Source: Thermoflexales bacterium (lineage in GTDB: Bacteria; Chloroflexota; Anaerolineae; J036; Brachytrichaceae). From it: a stretch of 32,000 nt of DNA. Position 1 is the stretch's first letter; each line of letters begins with the position of its first letter. The translations under genes and the position numbers were made by a program. Under the pieces are notes generated by a model. The model ran no database searches. It was not told the DNA's origin and saw nothing but the letters and a program-made list of their open reading frames with translations. Shown piece by piece: positions 15,863 to 26,249 of the stretch. Location of the stretch: assembly GCA_025056965.1 (NCBI GenBank), contig JANWVF010000033.1, positions 3,750-35,749 of the forward strand. Reading direction: 5' to 3'.

Positions 15863-17482
15863 ATGGAGATTCTGTCGGTCGCGGAGATGCGCGAGGTCGA
15901 GCGCCTGGCCGACGCGCGCGGCCTGAGCTATGCGCAGATGATGCAGAACGCCGGGCGCGGCGCCGCGGCGATCATTCGGCAGCGTTTGAATGTGCTGCAA
16001 ATCCCCCGCCCGCGCGCCCTAATACTGGTCGGGCCGGGCAACAACGGCGGCGATGGCTTGGTGTGCGCGACGGCGCTGGCCGAAGCTGGCCTGACCGTGC
16101 AGTGCTATCTGCTCAAGCCGCGCAGCGACGACGACGCGGTATACGCCACGGCGCGAGCGCAGGGCATCTTCATGGCCGATGCGCAGAACGACATGCGCCT
16201 GCGCGTATTCCACCAAATGTTGGCACATGCCAACGTCATCGTGGATGCCTTGCTCGGCACCGGCGTATCGCGGCCGATCGAGGGCACGCTGCGCGACATT
16301 TTGCGCGCCGTAAGCGTGCGTCGGCGCGAGGCAGCTACCGCCCGCCCCTTTCTAGTTGCCCTGGATGGCCCGACCGGCATGAACTACGACACCGGCGCGC
16401 TCGATCCGGTCACGCCGTTCGCCGATCTGACCATCACCTTCCACGCGCCGAAGCGTGGGCATTACTGCTTCCCGGCCGCCGGCGCGCGCGGCGAGTTGGT
16501 GGTCGCGCCGATCGGCGTCGCGGAAGCAGGGATCGGGGACTGGCGATCGCTCGCCGATTCCGCGATGCCGATTTCTCATATCCAATTGGCCGATGAGGCG
16601 CTGGTGCGCGACCTGCTGCCGGCGCGTCGCGCGGACGCGAACAAAGGCACGTTCGGCCGCGCATTGGTGATCGGCGGCTGCGGCGATTATGTTGGCGCGC
16701 CCGGCCTGGCGGCGCGGGCTGCCTATCGCGTCGGTGCCGGCCTGGTGGCGTTGGCCGTGCCTGAGGCGCTGAAGCCGAGCCTGGCAGCCGTCTGCAGCGA
16801 GGCGATTTTCGTCTCGCTGCCTGGCACAAGCGATCGGCACACGCCGGCCGGTGCATCGCGAATTAACGCTTGGCTGGCGGGCATCAAAGGCGGCGCGGCA
16901 GTGGCGCTGGGTCCGGGCATTGGCCAAGCGGGCGAGACGGCCGAGTTCGTCGCCGGCCTGCTTGAGGCCTGGGTAGCCAGGCAAGTTGAATTAAAGGGAC
17001 TGGTGTGCGACGCCGACGCGCTGAACGTGCTGGCGCAGATGCCGAATTGGCCCGCGCGCCTGCCGCGCATGACGGTGCTTACACCGCACGCCGGCGAGAT
17101 GGCGCGGCTGGCCGGCATGACGATTGACGACGTGCAAGCGGACCGAATCGGCCATGCCCTGCAGTGCGCCGATGCCTGGGGGCACGTCGTCGTGTTGAAG
17201 GGGGCGCACACGGTGATCGCCGCGCCCGAGCGGCGCGGCGCCGTGTTGCCGTTTGCTAACCCGGCCATGGCGACGGCCGGGACGGGCGACGTGCTGGCTG
17301 GTTGCATTGCCGGGCTGATGGCGCAAGGCCTAGCGCCGTTCGAGGCGGCGGTATGCGGTGCGTATTTACACGGCGCAGCGGGCGAACACTGGCGCGGCGC
17401 GCACGGCGACGCCGGGATGCTGGCGGGCGACTTGACGACCCTGCTGCCCGACGTCCTCCGGCGCATCACGGTTCGTGATTGA
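15863..17482 (+). CDS. nnr: Bifunctional NAD(P)H-hydrate repair enzyme (epimerase + ADP-dependent dehydratase)
   Basis: 539 aa. N-terminal YjeF_N domain (GPGNNGGDG) fused to a C-terminal carbohydrate-kinase domain (GPGIGQ..., ATAGTGDVLAG). Confidence 0.9.
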   Translation: MEILSVAEMREVERLADARGLSYAQMMQNAGRGAAAIIRQRLNVLQIPRPRALILVGPGNNGGDGLVCATALAEAGLTVQCYLLKPRSDDDAVYATARAQGIFMADAQNDMRLRVFHQMLAHANVIVDALLGTGVSRPIEGTLRDILRAVSVRRREAATARPFLVALDGPTGMNYDTGALDPVTPFADLTITFHAPKRGHYCFPAAGARGELVVAPIGVAEAGIGDWRSLADSAMPISHIQLADEALVRDLLPARRADANKGTFGRALVIGGCGDYVGAPGLAARAAYRVGAGLVALAVPEALKPSLAAVCSEAIFVSLPGTSDRHTPAGASRINAWLAGIKGGAAVALGPGIGQAGETAEFVAGLLEAWVARQVELKGLVCDADALNVLAQMPNWPARLPRMTVLTPHAGEMARLAGMTIDDVQADRIGHALQCADAWGHVVVLKGAHTVIAAPERRGAVLPFANPAMATAGTGDVLAGCIAGLMAQGLAPFEAAVCGAYLHGAAGEHWRGAHGDAGMLAGDLTTLLPDVLRRITVRD

Positions 17483-17504
17483 TACGGCAATTGGCACGAT
17501 TGAG

Positions 17505-18170
17505 ATGAGCGCAGTGGTATCGGATTTGGAAGGCACGCTGACGACCGGCGAGACGTGGCGGATCGTCGGCGAGTATTTGGCGGCGCATGGGCGCGGCTGG
17601 CGCTATCGGTTATTTTTCTATTCGCATCTGCCCGGCGCGATGGCCGCGCGCGCCGGCCTGATCAACGCGCAGCGTTACCGCGAGCGCTGGTTCGAGGACA
17701 TGACGGCACTGCTGGCCGGCTTCTCTCGCGCGCAGGTCGAAGAACTCATGGGCATCGTTGCCGAGGAACTCTGGCGCGCGCGGCGCGCGCATGTGGTCGC
17801 CGAGTTGGAGCGGCATCGCGCGGCCGGCGCGCGTGTGCTCATCGCCTCGGGCACATATCAGCAGGCGGCCGAGGCCTTCGCGGCGCGCATCGGCGGCGAA
17901 GCCATCGCTACGCCGATCCAATTCGACGATGCAGGCCGCGCGACCGGCCGGCTCGACGGCGTCGTTTCCACCGGCGAGGTGAAGGCGGTGCGCGTACGCG
18001 CTTGGCTAGGCAACGACGAGTTGCTGGCGGCCTACGGCGACACCGAGGGCGATATCCCCATGCTGCGCTTGGCGGCACAACCGGTCGCCGTATGTCCTGA
18101 CGCTGCCCTGCGCGCCGAGGCGGTCAAATGCGGCTGGCGCATCATTGAGCCACACGCCTCGCCGACGTGA
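17505..18170 (+). CDS. HAD-IB family hydrolase
   Basis: Motif I variant SDLEGTLT (Glu at the D+2 position) and motif IV GDTEGDIPML. Start is ambiguous: ATG 17505, or GTG 17475 overlapping the nnr stop by 8 nt. Confidence 0.7.
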   Translation: MSAVVSDLEGTLTTGETWRIVGEYLAAHGRGWRYRLFFYSHLPGAMAARAGLINAQRYRERWFEDMTALLAGFSRAQVEELMGIVAEELWRARRAHVVAELERHRAAGARVLIASGTYQQAAEAFAARIGGEAIATPIQFDDAGRATGRLDGVVSTGEVKAVRVRAWLGNDELLAAYGDTEGDIPMLRLAAQPVAVCPDAALRAEAVKCGWRIIEPHASPT

Positions 18171-18178
18171 GCGGCGCC

Positions 18179-18916
18179 TCATCCCCAGACGGCTTTCACC
18201 AAAGCCGGCAAGGCCTCTCCGGCTTTGCCGCAAACCATATAAGCATCGGGCGGTGACTCGATTTGCGCGTCGGGGTTAACGATGACGACCACTGCCCCCG
18301 CGCGCCGGGCGATGCGCGGCAGTGACGCGGCCGGCTCAACCAGCCCTGATGTGCCGATAGAGAGGAAGACGTCGCACGTCTGCGCCGCTGCGAGCGCGGC
18401 ACGATAGGCCTCCGCCGGCAGCGGCTCGCCGAACCACACCACGTCGGGGCGCAGCAGGCCGCCGCAACATCCGCAGGTCGGGATCGCGTCTGTGCTCTCG
18501 GCGGTCAGGACAGGGTGCGGCGCTTCGCACACGAAGCACTTGAAGCGCCGCAGGTTGCCGTGCAGCTCGATCACGGCGCGGCTGCCGGCTCGTTGGTGCA
18601 GGCCGTCCACGTTTTGCGTGATCAAGGTGAACCGCGGCGCGCGGCGCTCCATCTCGGCCAGGGCGAAGTGACCGGGGTTAGGCCGCGCGCGCTCGACCAG
18701 CCCCCGCCGCCAGGCGTACCAGTCCCACACCAGCTTTGGGTTGCGGCGGAAGGCCTGTGGCGTCGCCAACTCGTGCGGATCGAATTGTGCCCACAGGCCG
18801 GTTTGTGCGTCGCGAAAGGTCGGCACGCCGCTCTCGGCGCTCACGCCGGCGCCGGTGAGCGCGGCAATGTAGTGGGCTGCGCGCAGCGTGGCGAGCAGGT
18901 CAGGGGGAAACTCCAT
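18179..18916 (-). CDS. cobB: NAD-dependent protein deacylase (Sir2 family)
   Basis: 245 aa from ATG 18916, with GAGVSAESGVPTFRD, QNVDGLH and a Zn site CFVC...CGCCGG. The longer track ORF (to 19429) overlaps the AKR gene out of frame. Confidence 0.9.
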   Translation of the reverse strand: MEFPPDLLATLRAAHYIAALTGAGVSAESGVPTFRDAQTGLWAQFDPHELATPQAFRRNPKLVWDWYAWRRGLVERARPNPGHFALAEMERRAPRFTLITQNVDGLHQRAGSRAVIELHGNLRRFKCFVCEAPHPVLTAESTDAIPTCGCCGGLLRPDVVWFGEPLPAEAYRAALAAAQTCDVFLSIGTSGLVEPAASLPRIARRAGAVVVIVNPDAQIESPPDAYMVCGKAGEALPALVKAVWG

Positions 18917-18945
18917 GTGAGCGCGCCGGGCGCACGTCACGCGCC

Positions 18946-19938
<993 letters not shown>

Positions 19939-19950
19939 GCCCGACCGACC

Positions 19951-21099
19951 TCACCGAGAAGCGCCCGGTGCGTCGCCCCAGTCCGGCACCTTCAGCAGTT
20001 CGCCACCGCGCAGCGCGGACTTGTGGGCCATGACGCCGGCCGCCATGTAGCGCACGGCCTCCCAAGCGTTGATGGCCGGGCTGCGTCCTTCGGCGCACGC
20101 GCTGACGAACTCATGGACGAGATAGGCGTGCGATCCGCCGTGCCCGCCGAGGTCGTCCATCAGCGCTTTCGGCAGTGGATCGCGGTAAGTGCGCGGGTCA
20201 ACCGGCTGCGCGCCGGTCTTGGTGAACCACAGGCCGCTGTGCTCATCGCTGGTGTCGCGCGCATACGATGCTTCGCTGCCGATGATGCGGACGATGCCTT
20301 CGTGGCCGGTGTGGCCGTTGCGCCGCGATTCGGTGATGACCGCGAGGGCGCCGTTGCTCATGCGGAACATGCCCACCTCGTGGCTGAAGGTGTTGCCGGT
20401 CTGTGAATCGGCGCGAAAGTAGGGATCGTCGGGATAAACGTAGCCGAAGGCTGCAACTTCCACGGCATGCGCGCCCATGATCGAGATCGGCGCGGAAGTG
20501 GAGTGGGTAGGGTAGTGCATCGGTGCATCACCGCCCATGCGGATCACCTCGGCTTCGCTCAAGCCGGTACGCGCCATTTGCACTTCGATCAGGTTGCACG
20601 CGGGCAGCCAGGTATCGTGCAGGTATTCCGCCTCCAAATGGATAAAGCGGCCGAATTCAGCGGCGCGCTTGCGACACATCACCGTTTCTGGACGATAGTA
20701 GGTCGTCTCGCCCATCATGTAGTGTTGGCCTGTGCGCCGGCAACAGGCGATGAGCCGATCGCACCATTCGAGGATCTCGTCGCCGTTGCCGCTGAGAGGC
20801 ATGATGACCGGCACCGCGGTGTAGACGTGCTTGCCGGCTTCCATCGCCTGGATCGCCTGTGGCGCGTGTAACCAGGGCTGGGTGAAGATGGCCAGCGCGT
20901 CCAGGTCGCTCTTGCAGATTTCGTCCAGGCTGGCGTAAGTCTCGCCGATGCCGAATCGTTGCGCGGCGCGCCGCAGCCTGTCCGGCGCGATGTCGCATAG
21001 CGCCACGCGCTTCACCAGCGGATGCTTCTGGAACAGCTCGACGAAGTGCACGCCGAACTGGCCAAGTCCGACGATGCCGATGCTGATGGGTTGGGTCAT
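19951..21099 (-). CDS. Gfo/Idh/MocA-family oxidoreductase
   Basis: 382 aa with an N-terminal ISIGIVGLGQFG Rossmann motif. Confidence 0.85.
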   Translation of the reverse strand: MTQPISIGIVGLGQFGVHFVELFQKHPLVKRVALCDIAPDRLRRAAQRFGIGETYASLDEICKSDLDALAIFTQPWLHAPQAIQAMEAGKHVYTAVPVIMPLSGNGDEILEWCDRLIACCRRTGQHYMMGETTYYRPETVMCRKRAAEFGRFIHLEAEYLHDTWLPACNLIEVQMARTGLSEAEVIRMGGDAPMHYPTHSTSAPISIMGAHAVEVAAFGYVYPDDPYFRADSQTGNTFSHEVGMFRMSNGALAVITESRRNGHTGHEGIVRIIGSEASYARDTSDEHSGLWFTKTGAQPVDPRTYRDPLPKALMDDLGGHGGSHAYLVHEFVSACAEGRSPAINAWEAVRYMAAGVMAHKSALRGGELLKVPDWGDAPGASR

Positions 21100-21110
21100 G
21101 GCACAGATAC

Positions 21111-22658
21111 TTACGCTTCAAAACGGATGCCCTGAGCCAGAGGCAACTCGCGCGAGTAGTTGATGGTGTTGGTCTGTCGGCGCATGTAGGCCTTCCAGGC
21201 GTCCGAGCCGGCCTCGCGCCCGCCGCCGGTGTCCTTCTCGCCGCCGAACGCCCCGCCGATCTCCGCGCCGGATGTGCCGATGTTGACGTTAGCGATGCCG
21301 CAGTCCGAGCCGGCCGCCGAGAGGAAGCGCTCGGCGGTGCGCAAGCTGTCGGTGAAGATGGCCGATGACAGGCCTTGTGCCACTTCGTTGTTCAAGTAGA
21401 TGGCGTGCTCCAACGATTCGTATTCCACTAGGTATAGGATCGGCGCGAAGGTCTCGCGGCGCACCACTGCCGTCTGCCAGGGCATCTTGATCAGGGTCGG
21501 TTCGACGAAGTTCGGGCCGACGTCCGGCCGCGCGCGCCCGCCGGCCAGAATCTCGCCGCCTTGCGCCAGCGCTTCCTGCAGCGCGTCGCAGTAGCGCTGT
21601 ACTGCCTGCGGCGTGATCAGCGGGCCGACCAACGTATCCGCTGCCAGCGGATCGCCCAGTCGCCGGGCCGCTTGCGCGTAGGCGGCTTGCAGCCGGTGGA
21701 TCAGCTCCGGCGCGATGGACTTGTGGACGATCAGCCGACGGGTGGTGGTGCACCGTTGGCCGGCCGTGCCGATCGCGCCGAACACGATGGCGCGCACGGC
21801 CAGGTCGAGATCGGCGTCTTCGGCCACGATGATGGCGTTGTTGCCGCCCAGCTCGAGGATGCTGCGCCCCAGGCGGCGCGCGATGCGCGCTGCCGCGTGG
21901 CGACCTACTGCCGTCGAGCCGGTGAATGAGATCAGCGGCAGCCGCGCGTCGTCCAGCATCGCTTCGCCCACCGTCTCGTTCGGCCCGATGACCAGGTTGA
22001 AGACGCCGAGGGCGTGATGGTCGGCCGCCACGCGGTTGCAGATGTGCTGCACGGCGATCGCGCACAGCGGAGCCAGTGGCGAGGGCTTCCAGACCACCGT
22101 GTCGCCGCAGACGACGGCTATGGCAGCGTTCCACGACCACACAGCCACCGGGAAGTTGAACGCGGTGATCACGCCGACCGGCCCGAGCGGGTGCCACTGC
22201 TCATACATGCGATGTGCCGGCCGCTCCGAGTGCATGGTCAGGCCGTAGAGCTGGCGCGAGAGGCCGACGGCGAAGTCGCAGATGTCAATCATCTCCTGAA
22301 CCTCGCCATGCCCCTCGACGCGGATCTTGCCCACTTCCAGCGTGATCAAGTCACCCAGCGGCTCTTTCAGCGCGCGCAGGGCGCTCCCCAGGTCGCGGAT
22401 CAGCTCGCCGCGCTTGGGGGCCGGGCGCAGCCGCCAGTCCATGAAGGCGTTTTGCGCCTGGCGCACCACTACGTCATAGCTGGCCGTCGTCGCCTGGATC
22501 ACGCGAGCCAGCGGCGCTCCGGTAGTCGGATCGTAAGAGATCAACTCGCCGCCGTCGCGATCGTTGATCCAGCAGCCGTTGCCGCACGCGCCGTAGTTGA
22601 CCTCGCGCAGCCCGAGCTTCTGGAAGATGGCGGCGATGACGGCGTGGCGGGTTGTCAT
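21111..22658 (-). CDS. Aldehyde dehydrogenase, ALDH7 / piperideine-6-carboxylate (aminoadipate semialdehyde) dehydrogenase-like
   Basis: ITAFNFPVAVWSWNAAIA..VWKPS, ELGGNNA and the catalytic GTAGQRCTT. The EVQEMIDICDFAVGLSRQLYG block is what I associate with the ALDH7 subfamily. ATG 22658 preferred over the TTG two codons upstream. Confidence 0.88.
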   Translation of the reverse strand: MTTRHAVIAAIFQKLGLREVNYGACGNGCWINDRDGGELISYDPTTGAPLARVIQATTASYDVVVRQAQNAFMDWRLRPAPKRGELIRDLGSALRALKEPLGDLITLEVGKIRVEGHGEVQEMIDICDFAVGLSRQLYGLTMHSERPAHRMYEQWHPLGPVGVITAFNFPVAVWSWNAAIAVVCGDTVVWKPSPLAPLCAIAVQHICNRVAADHHALGVFNLVIGPNETVGEAMLDDARLPLISFTGSTAVGRHAAARIARRLGRSILELGGNNAIIVAEDADLDLAVRAIVFGAIGTAGQRCTTTRRLIVHKSIAPELIHRLQAAYAQAARRLGDPLAADTLVGPLITPQAVQRYCDALQEALAQGGEILAGGRARPDVGPNFVEPTLIKMPWQTAVVRRETFAPILYLVEYESLEHAIYLNNEVAQGLSSAIFTDSLRTAERFLSAAGSDCGIANVNIGTSGAEIGGAFGGEKDTGGGREAGSDAWKAYMRRQTNTINYSRELPLAQGIRFEA

Positions 22659-22698
22659 AGGCAAATGGAAGTCTACTCGATGCGCGGCCTATCGGGTG

Positions 22699-25212
22699 CT
22701 AGATCCGCGCTCGTCGCAGGCGCAGGCTGTTGCCGATCACGAAGAGCGAGCTGAAGGCCATGGCGCCGGCTGCCAGGATCGGCCCATACTGCTGGAAGAT
22801 GCCGAGCGCCGCCGCGGGGATCAGCAAGACGTTGTAGAAGAAGGCCCAGAACAGATTCTGCCGGATGCCGCGCACGGTCAGCCGGGCCAGGTCGAGCGCC
22901 TGGACCAGGCCGCGTAGATCGCTGCGCATCAGGGTGACGTCGGCGGCTTCGATGGCTACATCCGCGCCGGCGCCGATGGCGATGCCGACGTCGGCCTGAG
23001 CGAGGGCCGGCGCGTCGTTGATGCCGTCGCCGACCATGGCGACGTTGCCGCGCCCGGCGGCCTGCAGCGCGGCGATGCGTGCCGCCTTGTCGGCGGGCAG
23101 CACCTCGGCGACGAACTCGTCTACGCTGAGGGCATGAGCGACTGCCTGCGCCGCGGCCATGTGGTCGCCGGTCAGCATAATGGTGCGGATGCCGCGTCGC
23201 TTGAGCTCGGCGATGCCGGCCTGTGCCTCCGGCCGCGGTGCATCCGTCAACCCGATCACGCCGGCCAGCGCGCCGTCCACGGCGACCAGCATCACCGTTC
23301 GGCCCTTCGCCTGTAGCTCGGCGACGGTTTGGGCGGCTTCGGCATCTATGGGGACGCCCTGCGTTTGCATCAGCCGCAAGTTGCCAACCGCGACGAGGTG
23401 CTGTGCCCCGCTCGGCGTCGCACCGTTGACCACGAGCGCGGTGACGCCGCGGCCGGGCAGCGCCTGGAAGCGGTCAACGTGGGCGAGCGGCAGTCGGCGC
23501 GCTTCAGCGGCCTCGATGACGGCGCGCGCCAGCGGGTGCTCGCTGTGCCGCTCGGCGGCCGCAGCCAGCGCCAGCGCGGATTCGGGTGCGCCGCCGCCCA
23601 AAGCGATCACTTCGGTGACCGTAGGCTTGCCCTGGGTGAGCGTGCCGGTTTTGTCCAGCGCGACGACGGCGATGCGCGCCGTTTGTTCCAGGGCTGCGCC
23701 ATGCTTGAAGAGGATGCCCAGCTCCGCGCCCTTGCCCATGCCGACCATGAGTGCGGTGGGCGTCGCCAAGCCGAGCGCGCAGGGGCAGGCGATGACCAGC
23801 ACGGCCACGGCGTTGATCACGGCGCGCTGGAAGTCGCCGCCCAGCAGCAGCCACGCGGCGAAGGTGAGCGCGGCGATCGCCAGCACGGCCGGGACGAAGA
23901 TCGCTGCGATGCGGTCGGCCAGGGTTTGAATGGGCGCTTTGCCGGCTTGCGCCCCTTCGACCAAGCGGACGATTTGTGCCAACGTCGTGTCTTTGCCGAC
24001 GCGCGACGCTTCGTAGCGCAGCGCACCCTCCATGTTCAGCGTGCCGGCGGTCACCGGGTCGCCCGGCTGTTTGTCGCGCGGCGTGCTTTCGCCGGTGAGC
24101 ATGCTCTCGTCCACGGCGGAGCAGCCGGCCACCACGATGCCGTCGGCGGCGATGCGCTCACCCGGCCGGGCCACGATGACGTCGCCGATGGCGATCTGCT
24201 CGATCGGCACTTCGACCTCTTCGTAGGCATCACCCCCGGCGGGATCGCTGCGGCGCAACACGCGCGCCGTCTTGGGCGCCAAGCCGAGCAGACGCTCAAT
24301 CGCTGCGCCAGCGCGGCCTTTGGCGCGCGCCTCCAGGTATTTGCCCACGCTGATCAGCGCCAGGATCATTGCCGAGGTCTCAAAGTAGACATGCTCGCCG
24401 CTGCCGCCGAGCAACATGACGACGGAATAGGCGAAGGCGACGGTGGAGCCAAGCGCGATCAGGACGTCCATGTTGGGCGCGCCGTTGCGCAGCGCCTGGT
24501 AACCACGCCGGTAATAAGGCCAACCGACGTAGAGCTGCACGGGCAGGGCCAGCGCGAACAGCGCCCAGTTGATCGCGACGTGCTCCGGCATGCTATGGCC
24601 GTCCAGCGCACCGGTCATGGGAGCGAAGCGCGGCCCGAACAGCGCGGCTAACACGCCGAGGTCGCGGCTCATGCTCAGCGCGAAGGCAGGCAGGGCGAGG
24701 AGCAGGCCGGCCAGCATGCGGCGTCGGCGGTCGGCGATCTCGGCGCGGCGCGCGGCACGCTCGGCCTCCGGCGACGAAACGGAGTCCGTCGCGAGGGAAT
24801 GAGTCGGCACATCGTAGCCGGCTCGGCGGACGGCGGCGACGATCTCGGCGATGCCAGCTGCACCCGGCAGGTAGCCCACTGCGAGGCGCTCGGCGGCAAA
24901 ATTGGCCGATGCCTCGACCACGCCGGGCAGCTTTCGCACGACGCGCTCGATCGTCGCGGCGCAGTTGGCGCACGTCATGCCGGCGACCGGCAGCGTCACA
25001 TGCGCCAGCGGCACGTCGTAGCCGGCAGCGCGCACGCGCGCGACGAGTTGCGCGGGCGAGACCTGCGCCGGGTCAAACGTCACCGCGGCGCGTTCGGTGG
25101 CAAAGTTCACACTGGCCTCGGCGACGCCGGGCGTCTTGCGCAGCGCGCGCTCGACCGCGCCGGCGCAGTTGACGCACGTCATGCCCGCGATGGGCAGTTC
25201 GACCGCGTTCAT
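22699..25212 (-). CDS. copA: Copper-translocating P1B-type ATPase
   Basis: 837 aa. Two N-terminal HMA domains (GMTCVNCAGAVE, GMTCANCAATIE), a CPC transmembrane metal site (ACPCALGLATP), the DKTGTLT phosphorylation site and the GDGINDAPAL hinge. Confidence 0.95.
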   Translation of the reverse strand: MNAVELPIAGMTCVNCAGAVERALRKTPGVAEASVNFATERAAVTFDPAQVSPAQLVARVRAAGYDVPLAHVTLPVAGMTCANCAATIERVVRKLPGVVEASANFAAERLAVGYLPGAAGIAEIVAAVRRAGYDVPTHSLATDSVSSPEAERAARRAEIADRRRRMLAGLLLALPAFALSMSRDLGVLAALFGPRFAPMTGALDGHSMPEHVAINWALFALALPVQLYVGWPYYRRGYQALRNGAPNMDVLIALGSTVAFAYSVVMLLGGSGEHVYFETSAMILALISVGKYLEARAKGRAGAAIERLLGLAPKTARVLRRSDPAGGDAYEEVEVPIEQIAIGDVIVARPGERIAADGIVVAGCSAVDESMLTGESTPRDKQPGDPVTAGTLNMEGALRYEASRVGKDTTLAQIVRLVEGAQAGKAPIQTLADRIAAIFVPAVLAIAALTFAAWLLLGGDFQRAVINAVAVLVIACPCALGLATPTALMVGMGKGAELGILFKHGAALEQTARIAVVALDKTGTLTQGKPTVTEVIALGGGAPESALALAAAAERHSEHPLARAVIEAAEARRLPLAHVDRFQALPGRGVTALVVNGATPSGAQHLVAVGNLRLMQTQGVPIDAEAAQTVAELQAKGRTVMLVAVDGALAGVIGLTDAPRPEAQAGIAELKRRGIRTIMLTGDHMAAAQAVAHALSVDEFVAEVLPADKAARIAALQAAGRGNVAMVGDGINDAPALAQADVGIAIGAGADVAIEAADVTLMRSDLRGLVQALDLARLTVRGIRQNLFWAFFYNVLLIPAAALGIFQQYGPILAAGAMAFSSLFVIGNSLRLRRARI

Positions 25213-25216
25213 GCTT

Positions 25217-25435
25217 CTAGGGCGCGATCGGCTCCTCGGGTGGATAGTTGATCTCGATGAGTTTCTCTCGGATGGCGCGCCAGTCCGCCGGTTCGGCCCA
25301 TGTGACGGTGACCGTCTTAGTGGCCAGGTCGGCCTGCACGGCGGCCACGCCGGGGATCTCTCCCAGTTCGCTTCGGATGGCGCGGACGCAGCCGTCGCAG
25401 CCGATGTTGGGAACGCGAATGGTTATCGTGTGCAT
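25217..25435 (-). CDS. copZ: Heavy-metal-associated (HMA) copper chaperone
   Basis: 72 aa with an HMA fold and a GCDGC metal-binding loop. Its stop is 4 nt before the copA ATG. Confidence 0.85.
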   Translation of the reverse strand: MHTITIRVPNIGCDGCVRAIRSELGEIPGVAAVQADLATKTVTVTWAEPADWRAIREKLIEINYPPEEPIAP

Positions 25436-25466
25436 GTTTCTCTCACAGGCGTTATACTGTGCCTAT

Positions 25467-25484
25467 CCCTCCCCCCGGGGAGGG
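25467..25484. promoter_or_regulatory. Candidate CsoR operator (GC-rich palindrome)
   Basis: CCCTCCCC-cc-GGGGAGGG: 8-bp perfect inverted repeat with a 2-nt spacer, centred between the divergent csoR and copZ starts. Characterised CsoR operators are similar C/G-tract pseudo-palindromes. Confidence 0.6.
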
Positions 25485-25497
25485 GGTTGTGCAAGGG

Positions 25498-25527
25498 ATT
25501 ATACGCCATGGCCAACCGGACGACCAA
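25498..25527 (-). promoter_or_regulatory. Candidate sigma70-type promoter for copZ-copA
   Basis: The minus strand reads TTGGTC (25527-25522), an 18-bp spacer, then TATAAT (25503-25498). The palindrome lies just downstream of the predicted start site. Confidence 0.45.
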
Positions 25528-25840
25528 AAGAGACCTGCTCAACCGCCTGAAGACGATCGAGGGCCATGTGCGCGGCGTGCAGCGCATGGTCGAGGAAGAC
25601 GCCTACTGCATTGACGTCATCCATCAGGTGAAAGCCATCCAGCAGGCGCTAGAGCGCTTCAACGCGGCGCTGCTGGCGGAGCACTTGAACACGTGCGTCA
25701 CAACGGCCATTCGCAGCGAAGACCTGCGCGAACGCGAGCGCGTCGTCTCGGAGCTGCTCCAGGTCTTCGGCGCGGCCGGCGATGCCCGCGCTGCCCCGCG
25801 TGGAGGTGGCGGACGGAAGCGCCGGAGCGCAGCCGCCTAG
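25508..25840 (+). CDS. csoR: CsoR-family copper-sensing transcriptional repressor
   Basis: 110 aa from ATG 25508. LLNRLKTIEGHVRGVQRMVEEDAYCIDVIHQV...EHLNTC carries the C-H-C copper-ligand pattern. Unusual basic/Gly C-terminal tail. The longer track ORF overlaps copA/copZ. Confidence 0.9.
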   Translation: MANRTTKRDLLNRLKTIEGHVRGVQRMVEEDAYCIDVIHQVKAIQQALERFNAALLAEHLNTCVTTAIRSEDLRERERVVSELLQVFGAAGDARAAPRGGGGRKRRSAAA

Positions 25841-25859
25841 GCTGCGCCGCGCGCGCGGC

Positions 25860-25887
25860 TTGCAAACCTCGATCGGCATGCTATATT
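25860..25887 (+). promoter_or_regulatory. Candidate strong sigma70-type promoter upstream of the RRM gene
   Basis: TTGCAA (25860-25865), a 16-bp spacer, then TATATT (25882-25887), about 360 nt upstream of the RRM protein ATG. Confidence 0.55.
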
Positions 25888-25893
25888 AGCGCC

Positions 25894-26249
25894 GTCCGGC
25901 GACGAAGCCGGATGAGGTTCAGTAAAGGTGTAGGCATCGTTTCACCGCATGATTCGCTCAGAATCTTCCCCCAACGCGGCATCTTCCGTCTCGCACGCTC
26001 CCGTCCGTCTTCCTTCCCCGGCTCTCTGTCTCTGACGCATCGCTGCGCTGAGGACTCATCGGCTGAAGCACGACCCGCACCCCAGTACGCGCGCGTCCGG
26101 CGCGCGGATGTAGGAGAGAGTGACGCGCAAGAGAGAAAAGTTTGCCCTGATCATCTGCCATTCCCGTTCAGGCTCCCAAGTGGAGCGTCCACCGTTCGTC
26201 CCGAGTGCTTTTTAAACCTTGACAAGACCCAGTAGACCGACAACAAGCT
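25894..26249 (+). promoter_or_regulatory. Long candidate 5' leader or structured RNA preceding the RRM gene
   Basis: About 355 nt with no credible ORF. A pyrimidine-rich tract (about 25965-26034) is followed by a purine-rich tract (about 26107-26140) that could pair with it. CGCGCG...CGCGCG palindrome at 26088-26106. Confidence 0.35.

Noticed and set aside
25097-25507. Upstream extension of the csoR ORF (track ORF 25097-25840).
   Set aside because: It overlaps copA and copZ on the opposite strand and crosses the promoter/operator region. The CsoR fold starts at ATG 25508.
26219-26224. Perfect TTGACA 26 nt upstream of the RRM ATG, considered as a proximal promoter.
   Set aside because: No acceptable -10 hexamer lies at 16-19-bp spacing before the start codon. 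The distal TTGCAA/TATATT pair is much better. A weak proximal promoter cannot be excluded.
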